A stretch of DNA of 64,000 nt, from contig CAVPSB010000002.1 of the NCBI GenBank assembly GCA_963708025.1, positions 160,001-224,000 on the forward strand, written 5' to 3'. Under the pieces are notes generated by a model. It made no database searches. It saw only the letters and a program-made list of their open reading frames with translations, and was not told the DNA's origin. This stretch comes from an uncultured Candidatus Rokubacteria bacterium (GTDB taxonomy: Bacteria > Methylomirabilota > Methylomirabilia > Rokubacteriales > DASRDR01). The stretch's first letter is position 1; each line of letters starts with the position of its first letter. Both the position numbers and the translations under genes were made by a program. Below are positions 21,842 through 31,794 of the stretch, one piece after another.

Positions 21842-22573
21842 ATGCTTGAGACCGAGCGGCTCGAGGTCGCCTACGGCGACGCCCCCGCGCTGTGGGACGT
21901 CTCGCTCACCGTAGGCGAGGGGGAGCTGGTGTGCGTCGTCGGGCCGAATGGCAGCGGCAAGACCACCCTGATCAACGCGATCGCCGGCCTCCTGCCCGCC
22001 CGGAGCGGCCGGGTCCGCTTCCGCGGGGAGGAGCTGACGCGCGTCGCCCCTCACGAGATCTGCCGGCGTGGCATCGCGGTGGTGCCCGAGGGTCGCCGGC
22101 TGTTCACCGGCATGACGGTGGAGGAGAACCTCGAGATCGGCTGCTACGTGCCGTCGGCCCGGGCGGCGCGCCCCGAGCGCCTGGGGCGCGTCTACGGCAT
22201 CTTCCCCCGGCTGTACGAGCGCCGGCGGCAGCTGGCCGGGACCCTGTCGGGCGGCGAGCAGCAGATGGCGGCCATCGGGCGCGCCCTCATGGCCGGCCCG
22301 CGCCTGTTGCTGCTCGACGAGCCCTCGCTGGGCCTGGCCCCCGCCATCGTGGACGCGCTGTTCGGGGTGATCGACGCCGTCCACCGGGACGGCGTGGCCG
22401 TGCTGCTCGTCGAGCAGAACGTGGGCAAGGCGCTGGGCCTGGCGACCCGCGCCTACGTGCTCGAGGAGGGCCGCATCGTCTCGGCCGGCACGCCGGCGGA
22501 GCTGCGCGCCCAGCCGCACATCCGGAGCGCCTACCTCGGCTACGCGGACGGCCCGGAGACCGGCGCCGACTGA
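21842..22573 (+). CDS. livF: Branched-chain amino acid ABC ATP-binding protein
   Basis: GPNGSGKTT, LSGGEQQM, LDEPSLGLAP, VEQN. Confidence 0.92.
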   Translation: MLETERLEVAYGDAPALWDVSLTVGEGELVCVVGPNGSGKTTLINAIAGLLPARSGRVRFRGEELTRVAPHEICRRGIAVVPEGRRLFTGMTVEENLEIGCYVPSARAARPERLGRVYGIFPRLYERRRQLAGTLSGGEQQMAAIGRALMAGPRLLLLDEPSLGLAPAIVDALFGVIDAVHRDGVAVLLVEQNVGKALGLATRAYVLEEGRIVSAGTPAELRAQPHIRSAYLGYADGPETGAD

Positions 22574-22804
22574 GGGTCCGTGAGGCCCCATCCCCCGCTG
22601 GCCGCGAGGCCGGGCGGAAAGCCACGGGGCGGGAAGCCGCTTGACAGGCAGTCGGGCGATCGGCCACGCTGCCCCGGGACCGCGTGGATGCGCGGCGCCG
22701 CCGTGGGACCCCACGGCGAGCCGGCCGGGGAGGATGGCGCGATGAGGCAGCGGCTCGGATTCCGCGGGTATGCGTCGGAGTCCGGATCCACGATCTGAGA
22801 GCCG

Positions 22805-23722
22805 ATGCCCACGCTCGGGTTCGTCGGGCTCGGGGCCATGGGCGGCCGGATGGCCAGGCGGCTGCTGGATGCCGGCCACCCGGTGGTCGGCTACAACCGG
22901 ACGCGGAGCCGGGCCGAGTGGCTGGTCGGGGCCGGGATGCGGGCGGCGGCCTCCCCGCGCGCCGTCGCCGAGGCGGCCGAGGTGGTCTTCAGCATGGTGA
23001 GCGACACCGAGGCGCTCGGGGCCGTGACCGCCGGCCCCGACGGGATCCTGGCCGGCCTGCGCCCCGGCGCCGTCTACGTGGAGATGAGCACGGTCAGCCC
23101 GGCCGCGGCCCGCGCCCTCGGGGCGGAGGTGGCGGCGCGGGGTGCGGATATGATCGACGCCCCGGTGTCGGGCAGCGTCGCCACGCTGGAGGCCGGCCAG
23201 CTCGCATTCATGGTCGGCGGCGACCCGGCGGTGCTGGAGCGCGTGCGGCCGTACCTCCTCGCCATCGGCCCCACGATCACGCACGTCGGCGCCCTGGGGC
23301 TGGCGGTGACGATGAAGATCGCCATCAACCTCGGCCTGGCCACCCAGATGCTCGCCTTCAGCGAGGCGGTGCTGCTCGCCGAGAAGGCCGGCATCACCCG
23401 CGAGCGTGCGGTCGAGGCGCTGCTCCGGAGCGTGACCGCCTCCCCGATGGTGAAGTACCGGGGGCCCTTCGTCCTCGGCATGCCGGCGGAGCCGTGGTTC
23501 GACGTGGGCATGATGCAGAAGGACCTGAGGCTGGCCCTCGACCTCGGGCGGGCGGTGGGGGTGGTCTTGCCCAGCACCGCGCTCACGAACCAGCTCCTGA
23601 CCGCCGCCCGGGGGCTCGGCCTCGCCCACGAGGACTTCGCGGTCGTGTTCGACGTCCTGGCGGAGATGAGCGGGCTGCCCCCGAGCTTGAAGCCCGGGGG
23701 GCCCCGCGCGGGAGACGCGTGA
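22805..23722 (+). CDS. NAD(P)-dependent beta-hydroxyacid dehydrogenase (3-hydroxyisobutyrate DH family)
   Basis: GFVGLGAMG, DAPVSG, MVGG, catalytic K..N, KDL. Confidence 0.9.
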   Translation: MPTLGFVGLGAMGGRMARRLLDAGHPVVGYNRTRSRAEWLVGAGMRAAASPRAVAEAAEVVFSMVSDTEALGAVTAGPDGILAGLRPGAVYVEMSTVSPAAARALGAEVAARGADMIDAPVSGSVATLEAGQLAFMVGGDPAVLERVRPYLLAIGPTITHVGALGLAVTMKIAINLGLATQMLAFSEAVLLAEKAGITRERAVEALLRSVTASPMVKYRGPFVLGMPAEPWFDVGMMQKDLRLALDLGRAVGVVLPSTALTNQLLTAARGLGLAHEDFAVVFDVLAEMSGLPPSLKPGGPRAGDA

Positions 23723-25017
23723 TGGCGCTACCGACGTACGGCACCATGGGGGTCGACTGGGAGGAGCGGGTCAACTTCGATCGGCTCCGGCGGGACCGCC
23801 TGGCGCGGGTGACGGCCGAGCTGGGTCGCTCGGAGCTGGGGGCGCTCCTCTGCTTCGACATGTACAACATCCGCTACATCACGAACACGACGATCGGGGA
23901 GTGGGCCCGCGACAAGCTCTCCCGCTTCGCCCTCCTGCCGCGCGGCGCCGAGCCGATCATGTGGGACTTCGGCTCCGCCGCCCGCCACCACCAGCTCTAC
24001 TGTCCCTGGCTCGGCGAGCGGTCGCGGGCCGGCATCTCCCTCCTGCGGGGGGCGATGACGCCGGAGATGGGGCGGGCCGAGGACCTCGCCCGCAAGATCA
24101 AGCGGGAGCTGGAGGCCCGGGGCCTCCACCGGGCGCCGCTCGGCGTGGACGTGATCGAGCTGCCGATCCTGGCCGCGCTCCAGAAGGAGGGGCTCCAGGT
24201 CGTGGACGGCCAGCAGCTCATGCAGACCGTCCGCCGCATCAAGACCTGGGACGAGATCGTCCTCCTCAACAGCGCCGCCATGATGGTGGACGCGGCCTAC
24301 GAGGAGCTCTACCGGGCCCTCCGCCCGGGGATCCGGGAGAACGAGCTGGTCGGCATCGCCGCCAAGACGCTCTACGACCTGGGCTCCGAGGACGTGGAGG
24401 CGGTCAACGCGATCGCCGGCGAGCGCTGCAATCCGCACCCCCACGTCTTCTCCGACCGGGTGCTGCGGCCGGGCGATCCGGCCTACTTCGACATCCTCCA
24501 CTCCTACATGGGCTACCGCACCTGCTACTACCGCTCCTTCGCGGTGGGCAGCGCCTCCCACGCCATGGTGGACGCCTACAAGCGCTGCCGGGAGCTGCTG
24601 GACGTCGCGATCTCGATGGTCAAGCCCGGGATCACGACGGCGGACATCGTGGCCACGTGGCCGCGGGCCCAGGAGTTCGGCTTCCCGGACGAGGAGGCGT
24701 GCTTCGGCCTCCAGTACGGCCACGGCGTCGGGCTCTCGATCTGGGAGCAGCCGGTCATGAGCCGGCTGGTGTCGCTCGAGCACCCGGTGGCGCTCGAGCC
24801 CGGCATGGTCTTCGCCCTCGAGAACTTCTGGCCGGCCTCGGACGGCTGGTCGGCGGCGCGCATCGAGGAGGAGGTGCTGGTCACCGAGACGGGGCACGAG
24901 ATCCTGACCCGCTTCCCGGCCGAGACCCTGATCGTGGCCGGCACCCGGTACTGGACGGCGACCGGCCCCCTCCCGGGCACCCGCGAGCTGGACCCGACGG
25001 CCGGGCAGGGCCGATGA
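23722..25017 (+). CDS. M24 (Xaa-Pro peptidase/creatinase fold) family enzyme
   Basis: NIRYIT, RRIKT..EI, GHGVG, ALE, RIEE; start overlaps the upstream stop. Confidence 0.85.
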   Translation: MALPTYGTMGVDWEERVNFDRLRRDRLARVTAELGRSELGALLCFDMYNIRYITNTTIGEWARDKLSRFALLPRGAEPIMWDFGSAARHHQLYCPWLGERSRAGISLLRGAMTPEMGRAEDLARKIKRELEARGLHRAPLGVDVIELPILAALQKEGLQVVDGQQLMQTVRRIKTWDEIVLLNSAAMMVDAAYEELYRALRPGIRENELVGIAAKTLYDLGSEDVEAVNAIAGERCNPHPHVFSDRVLRPGDPAYFDILHSYMGYRTCYYRSFAVGSASHAMVDAYKRCRELLDVAISMVKPGITTADIVATWPRAQEFGFPDEEACFGLQYGHGVGLSIWEQPVMSRLVSLEHPVALEPGMVFALENFWPASDGWSAARIEEEVLVTETGHEILTRFPAETLIVAGTRYWTATGPLPGTRELDPTAGQGR

Positions 25018-25240
25018 GCGTCGCATCGCGTCGTCGATCGGACGGCCTTCGGCCTTTGGGGTCGTCGCCCATCCTCGGCGTATGCGGCATACGCCTGCGG
25101 TGGGCGACTCCCTGCGTCGTTCGGACGGCCTTCGGCCTGGGGGCGCTGCTCGCTCCTCGGCCCTGCCCGGGCACCATGGCTCGCCCGAGAGTTGTTCAGG
25201 GAGACGAGCCGAGGCATCGGGAGGGTCTTCAGAGACCTCA
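25013..25240. repeat. Family C element followed by a family B hairpin
   Basis: Near-copy of 19161-19350; GGGAGGGTCTTCAGAGACCTC at 25219. Confidence 0.75.
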
Positions 25241-25277
25241 CCGAATGATCCGGTAGCCCGAGCCTGCGGCGCCGCCC

Positions 25278-25820
25278 GTGTCCGCCTCGCCGCGTCCGTC
25301 CCTCCCGGAGCTCGTCCGGGCGTTCGCGTGGATCGGGGCCATCAGCTTCGGCGGGGGACGGGCGGCTTACTTCCAGGACGAGCTGGTGGCCCGTCGCCGC
25401 TGGCTCACCAACGAGGAGTTCCTCGAGTCGATCGCGCTGAGCCAGATGCTGCCGGGACCGGGGATCGGGAACCTGGCCGCCTGTCTCGGCCAGCGCCTCG
25501 GCGGCTGGCGCGGGGCGTTGCTGGCCGTGGCGTGCCTGACGCTGCCCGGCGGGGCCATGACCCTCGGCGTGGCGTGGCTCTACTTCCGTGGGCTGCCGGC
25601 CACGCTGACGGGCGCGGTGGGGATGGGCGTGAGCGCCGCCTCGGTGGGGCTGGCCCTCGGCTCCGTGGTCCGCCTCCGGACCGGCATTCGCGATCTCGGC
25701 GGGTTCGCCATCGTGGCGATCACGTTCGTGCTCTTCGGCCCGCTCCACTGGCCGATCCACTGGGTGCTGCTGGCGTGCCTGCCGCCCGCCCTGGTCCTGG
25801 CCTGGCGGCGACGACCGTGA
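25278..25820 (+). CDS. chrA: Short-chain chromate ion transporter, subunit 1
   Basis: GAISFGGG, WLTNEEF, SQMLPGP. Confidence 0.85.
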   Translation: MSASPRPSLPELVRAFAWIGAISFGGGRAAYFQDELVARRRWLTNEEFLESIALSQMLPGPGIGNLAACLGQRLGGWRGALLAVACLTLPGGAMTLGVAWLYFRGLPATLTGAVGMGVSAASVGLALGSVVRLRTGIRDLGGFAIVAITFVLFGPLHWPIHWVLLACLPPALVLAWRRRP

Positions 25821-26339
25821 CGGAGCTCGGCGCCCTCGCGCGGGTCTTCGGGCGGCTCGGCCTCCTCGCGTTCGGCGGGGGCCTGGGGATCCTCCCCGAG
25901 ATGGAGCGGCAAACGGTTGAACATCCACGGCTGGGTCACGCATCGCGAGTTCGTTGACGCCTTCGCGTTCTCGCAGGTGACGCCGGGCCCCGGCATGCTC
26001 ATGGTCGTCGTCATCGGCTTCCGGGCGGCGGGGCTCGCCGGCGCCCTCGTGGCCGGGCTCGCCATGTTCGGCCCGACCTCGCTGCTCACGGCGTTCGTGG
26101 CGGACCGGTGGGCGCGCCTGGGCGACTGGGGGCTCATGGAGCTCCTGCGAGGCACGCTGGCGCCGGTCGCGCTCGGGCTCCTGGCGGCCGGGTGCTACAC
26201 GCTGGCCCGGCTGGGGGTGCACGGCCCCCTCACCGCCGGGATCGCCCTCGTCGCGCTCGTCGCCGTCGGCTGGCGGGGGTGGAGCCCGGCCCTCGTCGTC
26301 GTGGCCGGCGGGCTGATCGGCCTCGCGTCGCTCCGCTGA
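25817..26339 (+). CDS. chrA: Short-chain chromate ion transporter, subunit 2, frameshift near 25920
   Basis: GLLAFGGG then, after the shift, WVTHREFVDAFAFSQVTPGP. Confidence 0.8.
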
Positions 26340-26469
26340 GAACCCGCGGCCACCATCGTTCCACTCCTGCCGTCCATTGGCTTCTCGCAACCCGCGGGAA
26401 CCGGCCTGGCGGCCATGGCGTTCCGCTTCGAGCCGCGGCTCCGCCGCGGCCTCCGAAGGGGAGGCAGTC

Positions 26470-26491
26470 GGGGGGTCTTCCGAGACCCCCC
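26470..26491. repeat. Family B hairpin GGGGGGTCTTCCGAGACCCCCC
   Basis: Reverse complement of the 38513 copy; lies just after the stop of the TauD-family gene. Confidence 0.7.
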
Positions 26492-26496
26492 GAAGC

Positions 26497-27564
26497 TTAG
26501 GCCGTGGTGACCTGGCCGATCCCGCCCCGGAGGGTGCCCGGCTCGATGCTGCCCCACAGCACCTCGTGGCCGGCCGGCAGCGCCCGGCTGTTCGGCATCG
26601 AGAGCCAGAGCCGGTAGAGCAGGCGCACCGCGCCCGTTCCCGCGTCGTCCTCGAAGGCCGTGCGGGCGTGGTAGACGACGTGGTTGTTGAGGAGCTGCAT
26701 GTCGCCCGCCTCGAACCGCATCTCGAAGGACAGCTCGTCGGCCAGCGCCATGAGCAGCTCGATGCCCTCCCGCTGGGCGGCGCTGAGCGGCGGCACCCCC
26801 GGCACCATCTGGGCGATCTCGATGAAGGTGAGCGAGTAGTGGCTCGTGAACTTGCCGTCGCGCACCCCGAAGATGGGAAGCGGGTACACGCCGTCGGGGC
26901 GCTCCGCCTCCTCGCCGAAGCGGCTGCGATGGACGTCCCGGTAGAGCGCCTCGGCCAGGTCCGGCCGGCGCCGGATCATCTCGTTGTGGACGGCGACGGA
27001 GCTGGCCAGCTTGCTGACCCCGCCCGCCCGCGCCTGGCCGACGCAGAGGAGGCCGACCACGTCGCAGCGGTCGGTGTGGAAGCGGAGCGGTCCGTTCGAG
27101 AGCGTGCGCGCGTAGGAGGAGAGCACCGCGCCGCTGCCGCCGCCCGGGGCCGGGATCTGTCCATAGCGCTCGCCGACGCCGCGCCCCTCGTCGCGGATCT
27201 CGCGCATCAGCTCGCCCCGCCGGTTCTGGAACACGGGCCGGCCGAGGTGGCTGCCGAGGCCGAACCAGATCCGGCGCAGGTCCTCGGGGGTGTAGCGCTC
27301 GACCGGGAGGCCGCGCAGGGTGACGACCCCGCCGCCGTCCTCCAGCTCGCCGGCGACCTCGGCCAGCGTCGCCGGGAGCGTGCGGAGCGGGAAGCGCTCG
27401 CGCGTGGTCTCGTGCCACGCCACCCCCTGCGACCGGGCCGCGCGAAGGGCGGCGTCGATCTCGTCGCAGGCGTCGCGATCGAGCGTGCGGACCCAGCGCG
27501 TCGAGCGGGCCATCTCCTCGCCGCGCCAGGCACAGGGGCCGGAGATCGGCTGGAGGGTGGTCAT
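26497..27564 (-). CDS. TauD/TfdA-family 2-oxoglutarate/Fe(II) dioxygenase
   Basis: FHTD facial-triad motif, LLNN...HAR, RLLYRLWL; alternative start at 27618. Confidence 0.88.
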   Translation of the reverse strand: MTTLQPISGPCAWRGEEMARSTRWVRTLDRDACDEIDAALRAARSQGVAWHETTRERFPLRTLPATLAEVAGELEDGGGVVTLRGLPVERYTPEDLRRIWFGLGSHLGRPVFQNRRGELMREIRDEGRGVGERYGQIPAPGGGSGAVLSSYARTLSNGPLRFHTDRCDVVGLLCVGQARAGGVSKLASSVAVHNEMIRRRPDLAEALYRDVHRSRFGEEAERPDGVYPLPIFGVRDGKFTSHYSLTFIEIAQMVPGVPPLSAAQREGIELLMALADELSFEMRFEAGDMQLLNNHVVYHARTAFEDDAGTGAVRLLYRLWLSMPNSRALPAGHEVLWGSIEPGTLRGGIGQVTTA

Positions 27565-27675
27565 GCCGGCGGCTTCCTTCCTCGCCACGCGATCGGCCGT
27601 GGCGGCGCCGTCGAGCATAGCAGAGCAGAGCCGGCGTGATAAGCGGCGGACCGAGGCAGGGGCCTGCGCCTGGCG

Positions 27676-28674
27676 TCAGCGCGCCTGAAGCACCGAGACG
27701 TTGGCGCCGAACCGGGTGGCGCCTCCCTTCGGAATCCGGATGAGATAGCGGCCCTTCGGGAGGTAGTCCTGGATGATCCCGGGGTTCAGCTCCCGGATCT
27801 CTCGATAGAACGAGCCGCCGGCTCTGGCGAGATCGGCCACGAGGATCCGGTTTTGCACCGAGACCTCGACGGTGTCCGCCTCGTGGGGCCGGTAGAGCTG
27901 CTCCGTCTGGACCTGGAGCCCGTAGCGCTCCGGGTGGGAGAGGATCAGCTTGGCGGCGAGCGCCCGGAAGACGTATCGCTCGGTCTCCGACGGCAGGGCG
28001 AGCTGGTAGTAGCTCGAGACCCCCTGGCGTCGGAGCGCATCCTCGACCCGGCCCTCCCCGGCGTTGTACCCGGCCAGGGCCAGCGGCCAGCTCCGGAACC
28101 GGGCGTGGAGGTCTTTGAGATACGCGAGCGCCGCAGCCGTGGACGACTCGGGGTTTCGCCGCTCGTCCCACCACGGGGTCACGGTGAGGCCATAGCGGCG
28201 GCCGGTCGAGGCGATGAACTGCCAGATCCCCAGGGCACTGGCCGAAGAAGTGGCCGTGGGCAGGAGGGCGCTCTCGATCACGGACACGTACTTCAAGTCG
28301 CCGGGCATCCCGGCCTTCTCCAGCTCGTACTCGATGTACGGAAAGTACCGTGCGCTCCGCTTCAGCCACAGGACCACCTGGGCGGGATTTCCCAGGGAGA
28401 GAAGGAATTCTCGTTCCAGGCGCTCGCGCACGTCCCAGCGGTCGAGCGGCACGGGCTCGCTCGCGAACGCCATCGTCTCGGGCAACACGTAGACGTGGAG
28501 CGCCTGGAGCGCGGCGGCCAGGCTCGCCTCGAGGCGTTCGACCCGCTCCCTCAGAACGCGCACCTCCTTCCTCAGATCGGCGGGCTCGCCGGCGGCGTCG
28601 GTCTGGGCCAGGCTGTTGGACTCGCTGGACACCACCGCCGCGCACGTCAGAGCGATCAGCAAGGGTCGCCGCAT
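27676..28674 (-). CDS. Lytic transglycosylase (SLT/MltD-like)
   Basis: Signal peptide; IES, ALGIWQF, LALAGYNAG, ET..YV. Confidence 0.9.
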   Translation of the reverse strand: MRRPLLIALTCAAVVSSESNSLAQTDAAGEPADLRKEVRVLRERVERLEASLAAALQALHVYVLPETMAFASEPVPLDRWDVRERLEREFLLSLGNPAQVVLWLKRSARYFPYIEYELEKAGMPGDLKYVSVIESALLPTATSSASALGIWQFIASTGRRYGLTVTPWWDERRNPESSTAAALAYLKDLHARFRSWPLALAGYNAGEGRVEDALRRQGVSSYYQLALPSETERYVFRALAAKLILSHPERYGLQVQTEQLYRPHEADTVEVSVQNRILVADLARAGGSFYREIRELNPGIIQDYLPKGRYLIRIPKGGATRFGANVSVLQAR

Positions 28675-28998
28675 CGGTCCCTCCTGACCGGCAATTCAAG
28701 CAACGCTGGTGCCAGACGGAGGGTCTTCCAAGCGCACGTCGAAGGCGGCCGAGAACGCCCGGAAATCCAGAACGTTAGAATCCCGCCGCTGACGGTGGTG
28801 ACGACGGGTGCCTCGACGGATCGGAACCAGACGGTGAGGAAAACGCTAGCGGCTTGCGGGGGGGGGGGATCATCCGATCTTCCTCATCCACCCGGGGAGG
28901 CTCCCCACCCGACCCCGGATGTCCGCTCGGATCCGGCGCGATCGTCTGCGGCGGACTGGCCGTACGGTCGCACGCGCCGGCCGCAGCGGCCCGGCGTG

Positions 28999-29550
28999 CT
29001 ACTCGGTGGCCTTCGCCTGGGAGCTCCACTCCCAGGCGAGCTTCTGACGGAAGGCGGCGAGCTCCTCGACCGGCGCCGGGTGGTCGCCGCGGCGGGCCAG
29101 CTCGATCATCTTGCCGTCCATCAGCACCAGCCGGCGGGCGAGAACCTCCGCGAGCGTGGCGACGAGCTTGTAGACGGCGACATTCTCGCTCTCGAGCATC
29201 TGGACGAAGTCGGTCTTCGGGAGGATCCACAGCTCGCAGTCGGTCCCGGCGCGGACGGTCGCGGTGTATTTCCCCCGGAGCAGGAGGAGGCTCACTTCCC
29301 CGAGCACCGTCGGCGCCTCGACCTTCGCCAGCGGCTGGGCGCTGGCGGGATCACGGCCGCCTTTCGACACTTCCGCCGTGCCACGGAGCAGGATCATGAG
29401 CCCGGCCGTCTCGTTGCCCTCCCGGCAGATGAGCCCCCCCGCCGGCACCTTCCGGGGCACCATCGCCGAGACCAGCGTCGCCGCCTCTGTCGCGTTGAGC
29501 CGCCGGCAGAGAACCGAGCGGATCACCCTGACCAGCTCTTGATCGACCAT
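28999..29550 (-). CDS. Stand-alone cyclic nucleotide-binding domain protein
   Basis: ICREG, ILLRG, GEVSLL...YTATVRA; RBS GGAGG. Confidence 0.8.
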   Translation of the reverse strand: MVDQELVRVIRSVLCRRLNATEAATLVSAMVPRKVPAGGLICREGNETAGLMILLRGTAEVSKGGRDPASAQPLAKVEAPTVLGEVSLLLLRGKYTATVRAGTDCELWILPKTDFVQMLESENVAVYKLVATLAEVLARRLVLMDGKMIELARRGDHPAPVEELAAFRQKLAWEWSSQAKATE

Positions 29551-29753
29551 CCTGGACCTCCCGCACCAAGGGGCCCGACGTGGGCGATCCCGACCGACCG
29601 CAGGTGATTATAGCGGGAAGGGGTCACTGTGGCCGCGAAATCATCACCGTCCGATCGAAGACCCCGCTGGCGAGCTGTCGGGCCGAGCCCAGTCCCCGGG
29701 CCTTCAGGATGTCCGGTTGCCCGCCCGCGAGCGGTCGTCTATCATCGGCGATC

Positions 29754-31586
29754 ATGTCGCACCAGGACCGGCTGATCCGCCTCTCGCCCAACCTCTTCTG
29801 GTACCGGGACACCTGCAACGTCTACCTGCTGAAGCACGGCTCGCGCGGCCTCCTCGTCGACTTCGGCTCGGGGGCCGTGCTCGAGCACCTGGCCGAGGCC
29901 GGCGTGGACGAGGTGGAGTGGGTGCTCCACACCCATCACCACCGCGACCAGTGCCAGGGGGATCCGCTCCTGAACGAGCGCGGCATCCCCATCGCGGTGC
30001 CCGAGCGCGAGGCCGCGCTCTTTGCCGAGGCCGACGCCTTCTGGCGGCTCAAGCGCATCTACGACAACTACGACGTCTCCAGCATCGGCAACACGCTGGC
30101 CCGGCCGGTCCGGATCGACGGAGTCCTCCGCGACTACGCGACCTTCGCCTGGCGCGGTCACGACATCCGCGTCCTGCCGACCCCTGGCCACACCAAGGGC
30201 TCCGTCACGCTCCTGGCCGAGGTGGACGGCGTGCCCTCCGCGTTCTGCGGCGACCTGATCGCCGAGCCGGGTCACGTCACCTCGATCCACGACCTCCAGT
30301 GGCAGTACGGGCTGCCCGACGCCGTCGGCGCCGCGCTCCACTCGGTCACGCTGCTCGCCTCGCTCCCGCTCCAGCGCCTGCTCCCCTCCCACGGCCACCC
30401 CATGGACGACGCGCCGGCCGCGCTTCGTCTCCTGGAGCCGAAGCTGCGGGAGCTGTATGGCCTCCAGGCGGAGATGCGGAAGAACCGGGTGTGGCCCATC
30501 TGGCCGCACGCGGTGGACCAGCCCAAGGCCCACGTGCTCCCCCACCTCTGGGCCAACCCGCACTCGGTCGCCAACTGCTACGCGCTCCTGACCGACGACG
30601 GGCGCGCCCTCCTCCTGGACTACGGGTTCCCCAGCTGGGACCACATGGCGGCGGACCTGCGCTTCGTGGAGCACTCGCTCGACGAGCTGAAGGCGCTGGC
30701 CGGGCTCCGGTCGGTCGAGGCCGTCATCCCGAGCCACTACCACGACGACCACCTGGCGGGCCTGCCCTGGCTCCAGCAGACGCAGGGGACGCAGGCCTGG
30801 ATCTTCGAGAACTTCGCCGAGATGGTGGCGGACCCCGCCGGGTACAACGTCCCCTGCCTCCTGCCCCATCCGATCCGCGTCGACCGGACGCTGGCGGACC
30901 GGGGCAGCGTGTCGTGGGACCGCTGGCGCTTCGACGTGTTCCACATGCCGGGCCACACCTGGTGGGCGCTGGGGCTGTTCGGCGAGGTCGACGGGACCCG
31001 GGTGGCGTTCACCGGCGACAACCTGCTCGCCGGCGCCGTCAGCCCGCTCCGGGCGGCGGCGCCCGTCTACCGGAACAAGATGCTGGTCGACTCGATCGCG
31101 GTGGGAGTCCGCCGCCTGATGGAGTTCGAGCCGGAGCTCCTGCTGACCGGCCACACCGGGGCGCTCCGCGTCGATCGGCGGATGCTGGAGGACTTCCACG
31201 CCTGGGCCCGGCAGCTCGAGGGGGTGTTCACCCGGCTGGTCGCCGTCCCCGCCGAGGTCAACTTCGCCCTCGACCCCAACTTCGCCACGCTCTATCCCTA
31301 CCGGAGCGCGCGGAAGCCCGGCGAGCGCCTCGACCTGGAGCTCCGCGTCACCAACCACGGCGCGCGCGCCGCCGAGGCGCGGGCGGCGCTGGCCCTGCCG
31401 CCGGGCTGGGCGGCGCTCCCCGCCGAAGCGACGGCGGAGATCGGCCCCGCCGAGACCGGACGGCTCCGCTTCGTCGTCACGGTTCCTTCCGGCGCGGCTG
31501 GCCGGGCCGTGCTCTGCGCCGACCTGACGCTCGGCGACCGCCGCCTCGGCCAGGTGTGCGAGGCGCTGGTCGACGTCGCGCCCTGA
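29754..31586 (+). CDS. Tandem double MBL-fold hydrolase with C-terminal Ig-like domain
   Basis: THHHRDQ + PGHT + GD, then SHYHDDH + PGHT + GD; C-terminal LELRVTN...LPPGW. Confidence 0.8.
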   Translation: MSHQDRLIRLSPNLFWYRDTCNVYLLKHGSRGLLVDFGSGAVLEHLAEAGVDEVEWVLHTHHHRDQCQGDPLLNERGIPIAVPEREAALFAEADAFWRLKRIYDNYDVSSIGNTLARPVRIDGVLRDYATFAWRGHDIRVLPTPGHTKGSVTLLAEVDGVPSAFCGDLIAEPGHVTSIHDLQWQYGLPDAVGAALHSVTLLASLPLQRLLPSHGHPMDDAPAALRLLEPKLRELYGLQAEMRKNRVWPIWPHAVDQPKAHVLPHLWANPHSVANCYALLTDDGRALLLDYGFPSWDHMAADLRFVEHSLDELKALAGLRSVEAVIPSHYHDDHLAGLPWLQQTQGTQAWIFENFAEMVADPAGYNVPCLLPHPIRVDRTLADRGSVSWDRWRFDVFHMPGHTWWALGLFGEVDGTRVAFTGDNLLAGAVSPLRAAAPVYRNKMLVDSIAVGVRRLMEFEPELLLTGHTGALRVDRRMLEDFHAWARQLEGVFTRLVAVPAEVNFALDPNFATLYPYRSARKPGERLDLELRVTNHGARAAEARAALALPPGWAALPAEATAEIGPAETGRLRFVVTVPSGAAGRAVLCADLTLGDRRLGQVCEALVDVAP

Positions 31587-31794
31587 CGCGGCCCGGCACT
31601 AGACCAGCCGGGCCAGTCTGCGCTCGAGGACGGCGTCGGCGTTTCCGCGGGAACGTCCCCGGCGCCAGCCGGCTGCGCCCCGGCCCGGGTGTTGGTGCAA
31701 TAGGCGGCTCGGGGCTTCTGCAACCCGGAGCACTTCAGACACGGGATGCTCCGCGCCGGGAACGGGCCCCGGCGCCACCCGCGGCTCGCAGGAA

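Larger units (their letters stand above)
21059..21860 (+). mobile_element. Minimal hicBA insertion flanked by 98-bp imperfect direct repeats (21059-21156 and 21763-21860)
   Basis: Repeats match 91/98 by manual alignment and duplicate the livG 3' end and livF start. Confidence 0.75.

Noticed and set aside
28858-28868. Long G homopolymer as a phase-variation tract
   Set aside because: It is intergenic with no evident promoter link; probably a degenerate repeat end, and homopolymer length is unreliable here.
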